64,000 nt of DNA from a virus: the IMG/VR virus record IMGVR_UViG_3300018080_005419. One strand, given 5' to 3'. Under the pieces are notes generated by a model, which searched no databases, was not told the DNA's origin, and saw only the letters and a list, made by a program, of their open reading frames with translations. Below are positions 53,513-63,415 of this stretch, in pieces. Both the position numbers and the translations under genes were made by a program. Within the stretch, counting starts at the first letter, position 1. Every line of letters begins with the position of its first letter.

Positions 53513-54679
53513 TTAAATCTCCTCCACGGCCACTTCTTCATTTTCAATAGTTTCTGTTTCTTCTGAGCTTTCCTCTTTATCTTCTGGTTCTTTATCTACC
53601 TCAGGAGGAATAGGATCTTCCTTTTTTATATCACCCTTCAAATTATCAACAATTTGACTATATAAACTATTCTGTAAATCTTTATTGTCGTGTATTGCTT
53701 CGTAAAGATTTTGACGACCTTGGAATTTTTCATCTAATTCTTTAACAACAAACCAAGCACCAGATTTATCAATCATTTCCATATCAAGACCAAGATCAAT
53801 AATTTGTTCGACTCTATCAATACCTGTGCCGAAACGAATTTTAAATGTACACACTTTAAATGGAGGGGCGATTTTATTCTTAGCAACTTTAGCTTTAACA
53901 ATATTGTTCACAATTTCTTCACCACTCTTATCAGAACCAATACGGCGCAATTCCAATCTTTGACTGGCATAAAATCTAAGTGCTTTACCGCCAGTTGTGC
54001 CACTTCCCATTGCTGCATTTGTTTGGCCAATTTGGGTCCTGATTTGATTTGTAAAGATAACTGTGGACCTTTTCTTAGCTAACAATGTGTTAAGATTCCT
54101 TAAACCCTCGCTCATCATTTTTGCATGCTTACCCATTGTTACTGTTCCAATAGCAGCCTCAAACATATCTCTTGGAGTTAAGGCCGCTACAGAATCGACA
54201 ACAACGAGTTTAACATCGTTTTTGACAAGTTCCATCATAATATTTAATGCATGTTCGCCACTATCAGGTTGGCTAACAAGCAGATTTTCTACATTTACAT
54301 TTAATTGTTGAGCATAGATTGGATCAAATGAGTTTTCTGAATCAATAAGAGCACACAACTCACCGCCATTTTGAACAGAACTTAGAGCATGTAGAGTAAG
54401 TGTTGATTTTCCAGCAGATTCAGGACCATAAATTTCAACAATTCTTCCCCATGCATAACCACCACCCATTTTTTGATCCAACAATAAACAACCAGTAGAA
54501 AATGTAGGAATTTTAGAGATTTTATCAGCCTTCAGAGTCATAATTGGATCGTCACCAGACCACTCTGATGGACAAGCTTTTGAAACAGCCACACAAATTG
54601 AATCTAAACGCTTACGAAGATCGGAATCTCCACCTTTTGCAGCCTTTCTTTCAACTTTCTTTTTTCTTCCTCTTGGCAT
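53513..54679 (-). CDS. recA: RecA recombinase
   Basis: GRIVEIYGPESAGKST, IDSEN, SQPDSGE, VVDSVAAL, IFTNQIR, GGKALRFYAS.R, KNKIAPPF. Confidence 0.97.
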   Translation of the reverse strand: MPRGRKKKVERKAAKGGDSDLRKRLDSICVAVSKACPSEWSGDDPIMTLKADKISKIPTFSTGCLLLDQKMGGGYAWGRIVEIYGPESAGKSTLTLHALSSVQNGGELCALIDSENSFDPIYAQQLNVNVENLLVSQPDSGEHALNIMMELVKNDVKLVVVDSVAALTPRDMFEAAIGTVTMGKHAKMMSEGLRNLNTLLAKKRSTVIFTNQIRTQIGQTNAAMGSGTTGGKALRFYASQRLELRRIGSDKSGEEIVNNIVKAKVAKNKIAPPFKVCTFKIRFGTGIDRVEQIIDLGLDMEMIDKSGAWFVVKELDEKFQGRQNLYEAIHDNKDLQNSLYSQIVDNLKGDIKKEDPIPPEVDKEPEDKEESSEETETIENEEVAVEEI

Positions 54680-54713
54680 TTTATAATCCTTTTAAAAGTA
54701 ATAAGTATAAAGA

Positions 54714-54746
54714 AGGGTCGGATGTAGAATAAACTACTCCGACCCT
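54714..54746. terminator. Hairpin between the putative SSB gene and recA
   Basis: AGGGTCGGA/TCCGACCCT stem plus inner GTAG/CTAC. Confidence 0.55.
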
Positions 54747-54780
54747 CCACCCTAACCAAATCGCCTACCTTTAATTAACT

Positions 54781-56121
54781 TTATTTAGAAGTGCTTTCGG
54801 ATTTACACTCATCCGATTTCTTGCACTTTTTACATTCTCCATCACTATCATCATAGTAACCAAAACAACTCGGCTTAATGTCCCCAGTATCTTCATCAGA
54901 TTCAGATTCTAAATCGTCTTCTGGGGCTTCTTTGGTCGGTGCTTCTTCGGCGGGTTCTTCCTCCTTAGCCTCTTCAGTTGGCTTGGCCGGTTTTGAAGGT
55001 GGTTTTGGCTTAGAAGGAGCTTTTGGAGGTTTTGGCGGAGAAGGTTTTTTACTAAAGGTTTCGTTTTTTGGTTCAGGCTTTTCTTCAACTTCAGATTCAG
55101 TTTCTGGCTCGGGATCGGCCTCTGGCTTTTCAGGAGATTCTGAGGCATCTTCGAATTCATCTGCTACACTTGCTGCTCTACGTTTGGGAGCAGCAGCACG
55201 ACGAACAGGAGGCTTAGGTTTATCTTCAGACGATTCTTCCGATTCGCTTCCAGAATCAGTTTTTATTGTCTTTTGAACAGGAGAATCCGAAGGATAATCT
55301 TCAGAAGTTTTACCTAATACATCAGTAATTAATTCTTGATATGCGGGTTTAAGAGATTCAAACAATGTTCTTGGAGACATATGGCTTGCAATATAACGAA
55401 TGAGATCCAAAGGAGCCATACCCTTTTCTTCATCGGTCAATGGTGTTACTTTAATATTAGGACCATCCAGAGCAAAGGCAGCACCGTAAGTAATTCTAGT
55501 TCCTTGATGTTTTGAAACAACAACATCACATCCTTCATCCGGATCGGCAATTTGAGGATATTGTTTTGCAAGTGCCTCAATTGCTTCAGTTCCTTCAGTT
55601 CCAAGATTTAAAATTTTCCAGCCTAGACCCTCGGTTTCGTTTCCATCAGGATCTTTTGTCTTGACAATGGGATCTGCGCGTGAAATTGCATCCCAAGAAT
55701 ATCTACTGCGAGGGAAAGATTTGCCAGAAATTTCCTTCATTTTCTTTTCTAAATCTTGATCTTCACTTTCTTTAGCTTCTTTCCTGCGAATATTCGAAGC
55801 TAAACGAAGATCACAAATAGGACAACAATGCAGTTCTTCTTCGCTACGGGATTGATTGTCAATATCCCAATTCATACATGTTACATTTGTTGATACAGCT
55901 GCTCTTTCTTCACCTTTGGGCTTTAGGGCATCGGCAGAAACAAGATCTTTAATATAATGCCTTTCACAAACAGCAACATTTCCACCCAAACGAACAACAT
56001 TATCACCCTCTTCCAATTGCACCCATAAACCCGACATTGTTGAAAAGCTTTTGGCCTTTCGGTTGGACCCAGAAGATCCAGTTGCTGCTTTTGCTTTCTG
56101 AAGCTTTGCTAAAACGTCCAT
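54781..56121 (-). CDS. Probable single-stranded DNA-binding protein with long acidic/Pro linker and C-terminal Cys module
   Basis: Position beside recA; gp32-like layout (LEEGDNVVRL...CPIC...YSWDAISR); C-terminal CFG...C..C...C. Confidence 0.55.
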   Translation of the reverse strand: MDVLAKLQKAKAATGSSGSNRKAKSFSTMSGLWVQLEEGDNVVRLGGNVAVCERHYIKDLVSADALKPKGEERAAVSTNVTCMNWDIDNQSRSEEELHCCPICDLRLASNIRRKEAKESEDQDLEKKMKEISGKSFPRSRYSWDAISRADPIVKTKDPDGNETEGLGWKILNLGTEGTEAIEALAKQYPQIADPDEGCDVVVSKHQGTRITYGAAFALDGPNIKVTPLTDEEKGMAPLDLIRYIASHMSPRTLFESLKPAYQELITDVLGKTSEDYPSDSPVQKTIKTDSGSESEESSEDKPKPPVRRAAAPKRRAASVADEFEDASESPEKPEADPEPETESEVEEKPEPKNETFSKKPSPPKPPKAPSKPKPPSKPAKPTEEAKEEEPAEEAPTKEAPEDDLESESDEDTGDIKPSCFGYYDDSDGECKKCKKSDECKSESTSK

Positions 56122-56243
56122 TGTGACTTTCCTTTCCTACTTGTTCAAACGGCTAACCAAGACAATTTCGTCTCTACAAATGAGCCAACGTACTCTTTGT
56201 AGGCAACAATTATTATATCCTCATTAAACGCAAAAATTAAAAA

Positions 56244-56762
56244 TTAACTGTGAAATTTTTGCGGTTGAGTAACACTTGTAAGTCCATTCAGGCTAAAACC
56301 TTTCTTCTCCCATACTTCCACCCACGACTTTAAATCTCTTACTGCAGCCTTATAATATTTAATAGATTCATGAAAATATTTAAAATCAGTTCTAAGTGGG
56401 CCATCTTCTATTTCGCTCAAAACAATAGCTAAATTTTGAATATCCTCTTTGCTTGGTCTGGACATTCCATATTCTTCCTTGGCATATCTCGTGATAATTC
56501 CCTTTTCTCTAATAATTCCTTGGTTAAGTTGCGCCTCTAAATCTTCTAATTCCGTTTGAGCCATATTATACATATGAGAGAAATAAGCCAATGCTGCCGC
56601 GTGAATTTTCCAATGCTCATGTACAGTTTCTTCCATAATTGCCAAAAGCTGTTCCGCATCTACTTCTGAAATAGCAGTATCGCCAATACGGAAATCGCCA
56701 GCTTTTGTCATACAGGATCTTATTTTTTCAAGAATACCATCAAATTCATCTTCGCTACTCAT
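56244..56762 (-). CDS. Coiled-coil protein, possible UvsY-like recombination mediator
   Basis: Helical; AALAYF...A..E...LEA pattern; context next to SSB/RecA. Confidence 0.35.
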   Translation of the reverse strand: MSSEDEFDGILEKIRSCMTKAGDFRIGDTAISEVDAEQLLAIMEETVHEHWKIHAAALAYFSHMYNMAQTELEDLEAQLNQGIIREKGIITRYAKEEYGMSRPSKEDIQNLAIVLSEIEDGPLRTDFKYFHESIKYYKAAVRDLKSWVEVWEKKGFSLNGLTSVTQPQKFHS

Positions 56763-57444
56763 CTTTGGATTCCTCTTCTAATCCTGATTCATATTCGCTA
56801 AGATAATTTTCCAGGTCACTCGTAGTCATGCTGCCATTATCTTCGCGAATTAACATTCTTTGTATTTCTTCATTCCCAGTTTTTTCGAATAACATTTCTC
56901 CGCTTTTTCGTATTGATTCTCTCTTACTTATTCTATCCTCTTCGTTTGTTCTTTTTCTAATTTTATCTCTATTGGTCATAAAAAATCTTGACATTACCCA
57001 AGTTCCACATACTACTTTTACAACTGGACTAAACTTTCTCCTAATGTTATCGTCATCAAAGAAAACATCAAAAACCCATGACAAATATTCTTTTATAGAA
57101 ATATTTTTGTCTTTCAATTTTTTAATTGAAGCTTTAATAACTCCTATTTCATCAGGCGGTATTTTCGTCTTATATTCAATATCTGTTTCTTGAACATATC
57201 TATCACGAAAATAAGCAATAAAATAACGTATTTCTTCACCTTCTGAGTATTCTATTTCATCGCCTTCTTTTATAACCCTTTTTGGCAATTTTCCATCTTT
57301 TTTGTTTAACTCTTCCTGTAACATCTCACCTAATATATTCATTTGAAACCGAATTTTTTTATTTGTAATCTTCGGCCAGCAAATGCCAATAGTATTCAAT
57401 AAATAAGTCTCTATACGTACTGGAGACCTTCTTGGTCCTGCCAT
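56755..57444 (-). CDS. Hypothetical replication-cluster protein
   Basis: Coupled ORF. Confidence 0.7.
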   Translation of the reverse strand: MAGPRRSPVRIETYLLNTIGICWPKITNKKIRFQMNILGEMLQEELNKKDGKLPKRVIKEGDEIEYSEGEEIRYFIAYFRDRYVQETDIEYKTKIPPDEIGVIKASIKKLKDKNISIKEYLSWVFDVFFDDDNIRRKFSPVVKVVCGTWVMSRFFMTNRDKIRKRTNEEDRISKRESIRKSGEMLFEKTGNEEIQRMLIREDNGSMTTSDLENYLSEYESGLEEESKDE

Positions 57445-58571
57445 TATTCGTCTCCAAACTCATCGCGTCCTCTACTTCGACGTTTCTTCCCTTTATATGA
57501 TACCGTTGAATCTCCTTCTTCATCCTTTTTTTCTGTTAATTTTGCTTTCTTATAATGGGTTATAGCTCTTTTAACTGATGGACTTCCTTCGCTATAAATC
57601 ATGTCAATTTTTTCGACAAAATCTTTTTCAGAAGTTATGTCGAAATCCTCGTATAAATGTTTGGCAACTGTTTTCCCTATGCCTGAAATACCAACTAATC
57701 TTGTAAGTTTAGTAGGAACCCCATATTTATATCGCATTTCCAAAGCATTAACAAAACCACTCATATCGCCCCACATTCTCCGACAACAATTGCACATAGC
57801 ACTAATTGCAGCAAACATTCTTGGCATATCGCTCTTTACAGAATAAAAACATGGAAGCTCCACCCTAGGATTTCTACCCATTAAAGCACAATGTACAGCC
57901 AAAAGTCTACTAATAGATCCTTCTCTTATGCTTAAACCTCGACCTATAATATTTTCACACAATGTTGTTGCCTGACTCCTTACCATTTCAGAGTCCCATT
58001 CTTGCGCCATATATAAATTAGCAATAGCCCATGCTTGACAATAATCATTAAAAAGCAAATCTTTCTTGTGCAATGTAGAAATATTAGAAAACCAATCTCG
58101 AACATCATAAGGAGAAAAATAAAATGCTGCACAAATTTTTCCTAATGGTTTTGCCTTTATTTTTCCAGTTTCAGGATCAAATTCGGCAGATCCAGTATCG
58201 TGTAATTCCTGTGCAATATCTTCATAAACAGGAATTTTTTCTCCCCTAGATGTTCTTTGAAATTTATCCAATGTAAAATCATACCAGTTTAAAAATGATT
58301 TTTTATCATATATAATTTTACGTACAACTTGAGAAATTACATGGAAGGCAAATGTAGATATGTCGTTTAAAGTTGATCTGGTCTCATATGAACTATCATC
58401 GGAGAATTTCTTTTTCCATATTATTGCATCATCATTGGCAAGAACAATGTGTACATCTGCTTCATCTTGACCATGCATCCTTCCCGCTCTCCCAGCCATT
58501 TGCTTAGTGTCTCTTGGTCTTAGAGAGCTACCAGCACGTCTTACATCAACAATAATTACACGATCTGCCAT
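57444..58571 (-). CDS. Ski2/Hel308-like helicase, C-terminal part
   Basis: Starts MADRVII; motif VI QMAGRAGR; winged-helix-like region and HhH (LVGISGIGKTVA). Confidence 0.85.
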   Translation of the reverse strand: MADRVIIVDVRRAGSSLRPRDTKQMAGRAGRMHGQDEADVHIVLANDDAIIWKKKFSDDSSYETRSTLNDISTFAFHVISQVVRKIIYDKKSFLNWYDFTLDKFQRTSRGEKIPVYEDIAQELHDTGSAEFDPETGKIKAKPLGKICAAFYFSPYDVRDWFSNISTLHKKDLLFNDYCQAWAIANLYMAQEWDSEMVRSQATTLCENIIGRGLSIREGSISRLLAVHCALMGRNPRVELPCFYSVKSDMPRMFAAISAMCNCCRRMWGDMSGFVNALEMRYKYGVPTKLTRLVGISGIGKTVAKHLYEDFDITSEKDFVEKIDMIYSEGSPSVKRAITHYKKAKLTEKKDEEGDSTVSYKGKKRRSRGRDEFGDE

Positions 58572-58628
58572 CTTATTAACAAATCCCTTTTAAAAATTTA
58601 AAATGCAAGAATGAAACAGAGGAGAGAT

Positions 58629-59558
58629 TTATAGATTGACGCCCATCGCCAAAGCAGATGTAGTTACTAATACATTTAAATCACATATTTGATTTTTAAA
58701 TTGAGCTTCTAAAAATTTTCTTTCGTCGGGCTTTAAACCAGCATGATAAAATGCAGCTTTAATTTTTCTCTTCATTAGGGCCTCTGTTACATTACGTCCT
58801 ATTCTTTTCGAATGGACAAACACAAGTATCTTATCCACCGGGTTCTTTCTTATTATTCTAACCGTCTCATCAATCATATTTTCTTCAAATTCCCAACGAT
58901 CTTTAGATTTCCTTACTCCCTTCCAATGAATATTCAATGTAACAGGTCGCCAATCAGAAGAAATACAATAAGTAGGTTTCCCATTTAAACTTTTGAGCCA
59001 TGCAGCTATCTCTTTAGCATTAGACATAGTTGCAGATAAACCAACAATTCTCGCTTTTTTGTTAATCTTTGTAAAATTAACAAGGCCGACCTCTAAAGCG
59101 GCCCCACGTACAGGCTCATCTAATAAATGCATCTCATCTAAAACCAGAACTCCTACATCAGCCAACCATTTTCCGTGCATACCAGGATTACGAGATTTGC
59201 TGTCCAATGTTTCACTAGTAACAATAATAAGCCTAGCTCTCTCAAAATCCTCTGCACGAGCCATATAATCGCCTGTATTAATAATTTTAGGAACTTCAGA
59301 CCATTCTTCTATTGTATTAAATTGGGCCATTCTTTCGTCAGATATGGCCTTGAGAGGAGATGCATATACGCATTTTGTATCGCTCACTGTTGCAATCTCA
59401 TGAGCAAAAAAACACATCGCCACAGCTGTTTTTCCAGTGGATGTGTTTAAAGCAACAATTAAATTACAATCTTTATCTGCGAATTGTACTGCTTCTGATT
59501 GTGGCTTGTTAAATTCTTCAAATGGAAATGATAAATGCTTAAATTCAGATGTTTTCAT
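58629..59558 (-). CDS. Ski2/Hel308-like SF2 helicase, N-terminal part
   Basis: Q-motif FNKPQ, NTSTGKT, SPLKA, TSE, LDEMH, GLSAT, WRPV, FVHSK, YHAGL; ends TTSALAMGVNL*. Confidence 0.9.
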   Translation of the reverse strand: MKTSEFKHLSFPFEEFNKPQSEAVQFADKDCNLIVALNTSTGKTAVAMCFFAHEIATVSDTKCVYASPLKAISDERMAQFNTIEEWSEVPKIINTGDYMARAEDFERARLIIVTSETLDSKSRNPGMHGKWLADVGVLVLDEMHLLDEPVRGAALEVGLVNFTKINKKARIVGLSATMSNAKEIAAWLKSLNGKPTYCISSDWRPVTLNIHWKGVRKSKDRWEFEENMIDETVRIIRKNPVDKILVFVHSKRIGRNVTEALMKRKIKAAFYHAGLKPDERKFLEAQFKNQICDLNVLVTTSALAMGVNL

Positions 59559-60082
59559 TTATAATGTTGCTCAACAAATGGTTTAATCAATTCTTTTATA
59601 TGTTTATCGTCGCTTCCCATATTGATATTCATTGAAGGACCACCTTTATTGCGTCCTCCAATTTCAAAATAAACAAAATTTCTTTTCTTAGCCAAAAAAG
59701 ACATAACTCTTCCACCAATTTTTAAAGATGCTGTGGTACGACCAGGATTATATTTAATAGAATCATGTTTAATTAGACCTGCCGCAGCATTCACACAATG
59801 ATCAAAGAAGGCTTGTTTTCCTAATTCTGCCATTTCTTTATTTTTTGCCTTCTTCTCTTGTGGAGTATTGGGGATTACTTTTTCTTCCTGGCCAAGTTCA
59901 TCAATATCTTTTTTCATACTTTGTTCTGATTCATTGGCTCTACTAATAGTGTATGTTCTGCACCATTCTGATCTCGCGCAACTAGAAGGATGACAATCAG
60001 AAGCCACGTTGCTAAACCACCCAAAACATGCTCCCGGCTCCAATACTATATCTTTTTCATCCACCAATGATTTGCTACTCAT
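59555..60082 (-). CDS. Hypothetical protein with N-terminal Cys module
   Basis: CFGWF...DC...SC...WC. Confidence 0.7.
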   Translation of the reverse strand: MSSKSLVDEKDIVLEPGACFGWFSNVASDCHPSSCARSEWCRTYTISRANESEQSMKKDIDELGQEEKVIPNTPQEKKAKNKEMAELGKQAFFDHCVNAAAGLIKHDSIKYNPGRTTASLKIGGRVMSFLAKKRNFVYFEIGGRNKGGPSMNINMGSDDKHIKELIKPFVEQHYK

Positions 60083-60095
60083 AAAACTCTCCCTT

Positions 60096-61010
60096 CTAGT
60101 TGTTATTAATTATGTCCCAAATATCAACCACATCATTATGCAAAATTGATGTCAATTTCTTCTCAGAAAATACTTCAAATGGGCGAGGAGGAACAATTTG
60201 ACTTGAGAGAATTAAAGGAATAAAATCGTGTTTCTTAAGCCAAGGATCAACACGATCAACAATACGTTTAACAACTCCTGGAGAAACATCAAATTTTTCA
60301 GCAACAATTTCGATGCATTTCTTATTTCTGCCGGTTTTTGGTTTAGGAAGTTTCTTGATATCCAAAAGCATATTGAGAATGCGATAATCTTTTAATGTTT
60401 TGCATACCGATTTATAAAGTTTCATTCTCATTTGCTCAAAAACAATCATATCCTCACTCTTTTGTCGCTCTTTATCCATTACTTCAAGGCTGGGAGGTTC
60501 ATACTCTTTGTTTTCTTCATCAACAAAATTGTGGATTGAAATTGGATTGAAATTTGCTTCAATAAATTCAATATCACCATCATTATTCCGCTTTGTTGTA
60601 ATTCCTGTTATCATTCGCGCCTCTTTATGTTTAATCAATTTAAGATATGTTGAACGTAGAATGACACCAATATAAGTAGAAGGTAAAATTGGTTTTTTCT
60701 CTCCATCTTTATTTAATCGATATGGCTGATATTTCTTTAATCTTGTCCATACACTTATCATGCCATATTGAACAAGGTCGCTAAGAGAGAAAAATTCCTT
60801 AAGACTTGAATGAAAATTTTGAGCCATTTTAATCGCAAACCTATGATAACTATTTGTAAGTTGTAGATCTTCTTCTTTAGTAATTGTATCATTCTGCAAT
60901 TTTTTAATAAGTTTCTTTTGTAGTTTATTTCTCTCTTTTGAATTTAAATCTTCATATGTTGAGTCTAAGTAAATGTACTCGTACTGTTTTTCGTTTTTTT
61001 CTCGTAACAT
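60096..61010 (-). CDS. Sigma70-family-like phage sigma factor
   Basis: Region 2-like RFAIKMAQNF...SDLVQYGMISV...KKY...STY...LR; C-terminal HTH (EIVAEKFDVSPGVVKRI). Confidence 0.75.
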   Translation of the reverse strand: MLREKNEKQYEYIYLDSTYEDLNSKERNKLQKKLIKKLQNDTITKEEDLQLTNSYHRFAIKMAQNFHSSLKEFFSLSDLVQYGMISVWTRLKKYQPYRLNKDGEKKPILPSTYIGVILRSTYLKLIKHKEARMITGITTKRNNDGDIEFIEANFNPISIHNFVDEENKEYEPPSLEVMDKERQKSEDMIVFEQMRMKLYKSVCKTLKDYRILNMLLDIKKLPKPKTGRNKKCIEIVAEKFDVSPGVVKRIVDRVDPWLKKHDFIPLILSSQIVPPRPFEVFSEKKLTSILHNDVVDIWDIINNN

Positions 61011-61046
61011 GCTTCTCCACCCTCCCCAGAACAACCTGCTATCAAC

Positions 61047-62180
61047 TTAGGACCGTCCCAAGTCGAGATCACCATATGTGAATACTTCTTCAGTTTTGTT
61101 TTTGAGATAGTAGAGAATTTCACTGCGATTTAAATCTTTCGGGTCTCTGCCTTTTGCTAGTTTAGTTATATATACGGAATTAAATATAGAAAGCAAGTCT
61201 TTTATTATTTTTTCTGTTCCTCTTTCTCCTCCCTCATCCCCATCAAGCATTATAACTACTTTACGTGGATGAAGTTTACTGAGAATTAAGAGTTGATCGT
61301 TGCTCAAATTTGTTCCCCCAATTCCTAATGTTCCTGGGAAACCTTCTTGACGTAATTTCATCAAATCTCTACATCCCTCAACCAAAATAGCTACTTCATT
61401 TTTAGGACAAGATTCCGCGCCAAATAAACATTTTCCAACCTTAAATCCTTTTGGATATCTTACTTTTCTATAATCATCTGGCCTACTTCTTCTTAGTTGT
61501 TTAGTATTCATATCGACAACTTTATTATTTTTCTTTAACCAATCATCTAAACCCAATACATCTGTTGCAACAAATCCTATAAGATCATAATCGCTATTTC
61601 TAATTGGAAAAATCAATCTATCTTTGTAAAATCCGTGGGTAAACTCAACACAACCAAAATCTAAAGCAGTCTTAGGTAATATGTTATTTTTAGCAAGAAG
61701 AGAAATAGCCCCAGAGTGCAATTCTCCTTCTTCTATATAACTTTCAAATTTGTCAATGTCTAAAGCAGAAATTTCTCTAATTGGTTCAGATGTTGGATTG
61801 ATAAGATTTTTGATTCGTTTGTATTTTGCCTCTATAGAATTAATAGGTGTTCCAAGTATCCATTCTATTGCTTCTATTTTTGAAATTTTACGAATTCTTG
61901 CTGTTTCATATACCAAATTGCTTCCGCGTGATTCTGTAAAACAATTTGTCTTACCAGTTCTAACATTGATTGTCCATTTGGGATGACTTGGTTCTCTACC
62001 CGTAAAAGACATATGTGTGGGACAATAACCCCATATTTGATCGCCTCTTCTTGAAACAATTTGAATATTTAATCTATCCAATACAGATTCTACATCAATC
62101 GAATCCATGATCCAACTGATGTCAGAACAATCCAAATCGCTAAGCGAAATGTCGCCCATTGATGATTCTAAGTGATACAT
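61047..62180 (-). CDS. dnaG: DnaG-like DNA primase
   Basis: Zn-binding CP.H...H...W.IN...NCF; RLIFPI; TOPRIM LVEG..D, LDGDEGG; RDPKD. Confidence 0.88.
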   Translation of the reverse strand: MYHLESSMGDISLSDLDCSDISWIMDSIDVESVLDRLNIQIVSRRGDQIWGYCPTHMSFTGREPSHPKWTINVRTGKTNCFTESRGSNLVYETARIRKISKIEAIEWILGTPINSIEAKYKRIKNLINPTSEPIREISALDIDKFESYIEEGELHSGAISLLAKNNILPKTALDFGCVEFTHGFYKDRLIFPIRNSDYDLIGFVATDVLGLDDWLKKNNKVVDMNTKQLRRSRPDDYRKVRYPKGFKVGKCLFGAESCPKNEVAILVEGCRDLMKLRQEGFPGTLGIGGTNLSNDQLLILSKLHPRKVVIMLDGDEGGERGTEKIIKDLLSIFNSVYITKLAKGRDPKDLNRSEILYYLKNKTEEVFTYGDLDLGRS

Positions 62181-62225
62181 GAACCGCCTTCGTTGTCAGC
62201 CAATTTGTTATCCTGATTGTTCTCC

Positions 62226-62253
62226 ATTATAGAAATCTGGCTGAAGTTGTCAA
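62226..62253 (-). promoter_or_regulatory. Sigma70-type promoter upstream of primase
   Basis: TTGACA-16 bp-TATAAT on the minus strand. Confidence 0.6.
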
Positions 62254-62270
62254 CAAAAATCGGGAATTTT

Positions 62271-63329
62271 TTAACTTATTAACCAGTCAGGCTTTAGGAA
62301 CCTTCTTCTTGTTGAAAAATCCCAAGGAGTAAACGGATCATTTGGATCGCAGTTAGCAAGTTCTGTGGCTTTGATTGCATCATAAGTCTGCGCAACACGG
62401 TCATCTGAAAGGAAGCATTGGGATAAAATCATAGATTCCAGACTTTGCGGTAATGTTGCTCCCATACGTTCATCTTTATTCCCAGGATTAATATTACCAC
62501 TCCTAGAAGAAAGAATTAAATGGGTTAGCTGAAGAATAATATCCTCATCTAATGACCAACTATCATCTTCTTCGGGAATACCTGCATATGATTTGCACTT
62601 CTTTGGATTTTGCTTTAAGTTGATAATTCCAAGCATTAAACGGTTATACGATAAAGACACATCTCCATATAATGATCCTTTTAATGTAACAGTTGGGATA
62701 TGATCAACTAAATCAAAAGCATAAATTTTCCCACTATTAGAAATAAAAGATGCAGCAATCAATAACTCTTTTGAAATATCTTTTAGATTATAGACATATG
62801 CCATTTGTTCAGCAGCAGCAGATACACGACAAGACTGCATCAAAGCACCACCCATAGATCCATATCGTGCGCCTTCTGAAGCTGGAGTGTTGAAAAACAA
62901 TTCTTTAATCTTATCAGTAAAAACAGCTTTAAAAATTGCTTTAAGAGTTGGGTTGTTGATTTGAGAAGCGGCATCGTCAAAGGTAGATTTGTATTCATCA
63001 ATATTATCAACTACCAAAACAAAGTCATCAATATCGACATCATCTTCATTTATATTGACAATTTCTTTTGCGATTATGTTAGTAGCGCCACCATATTCCT
63101 GACTATGGCCTTTAATAAAAACATAAGAACAAGTCTCAAATCCCTCAAAGGCACTCCAATATTTTGCAATTCTGGCCCCTGTCTTATCACGAAGCTTCAA
63201 ATCACAATAGGGTTTACCTGTTTTGGTAAGCTTTTCAGATGCTTCGCACAAATAATAAGCAGATTCAATCGTCATCCCAGGAACGATTGTGGCAAGAGGT
63301 GTGTTGTTATAAGTGGATTTGCCGCTCAT
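62271..63329 (-). CDS. YhaM-like OB-fold + HD-fold protein with degenerate HD motifs
   Basis: KTGKPY..L.LRDKTG..AKYW OB fold; PA....GGAL; ISNSGK where LHDIGK is expected. Confidence 0.75.
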   Translation of the reverse strand: MSGKSTYNNTPLATIVPGMTIESAYYLCEASEKLTKTGKPYCDLKLRDKTGARIAKYWSAFEGFETCSYVFIKGHSQEYGGATNIIAKEIVNINEDDVDIDDFVLVVDNIDEYKSTFDDAASQINNPTLKAIFKAVFTDKIKELFFNTPASEGARYGSMGGALMQSCRVSAAAEQMAYVYNLKDISKELLIAASFISNSGKIYAFDLVDHIPTVTLKGSLYGDVSLSYNRLMLGIINLKQNPKKCKSYAGIPEEDDSWSLDEDIILQLTHLILSSRSGNINPGNKDERMGATLPQSLESMILSQCFLSDDRVAQTYDAIKATELANCDPNDPFTPWDFSTRRRFLKPDWLIS

Positions 63330-63415
63330 AATCTTTTCTCCTTCTTGGCAAATAAACGAGTTGTTCTATCATTATAGCCAGAAGGATTTAATTCTTTCCT
63401 TTAAATGTTTAATTT

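Noticed and set aside
58572-58631. T4 gene 60-style translational bypass in the helicase
   Set aside because: The take-off codon would be CTA (Leu), but no matching Leu codon lies in frame just before the resumption point (GTT AAT AAG ATG). An RBS-like site favours independent initiation.
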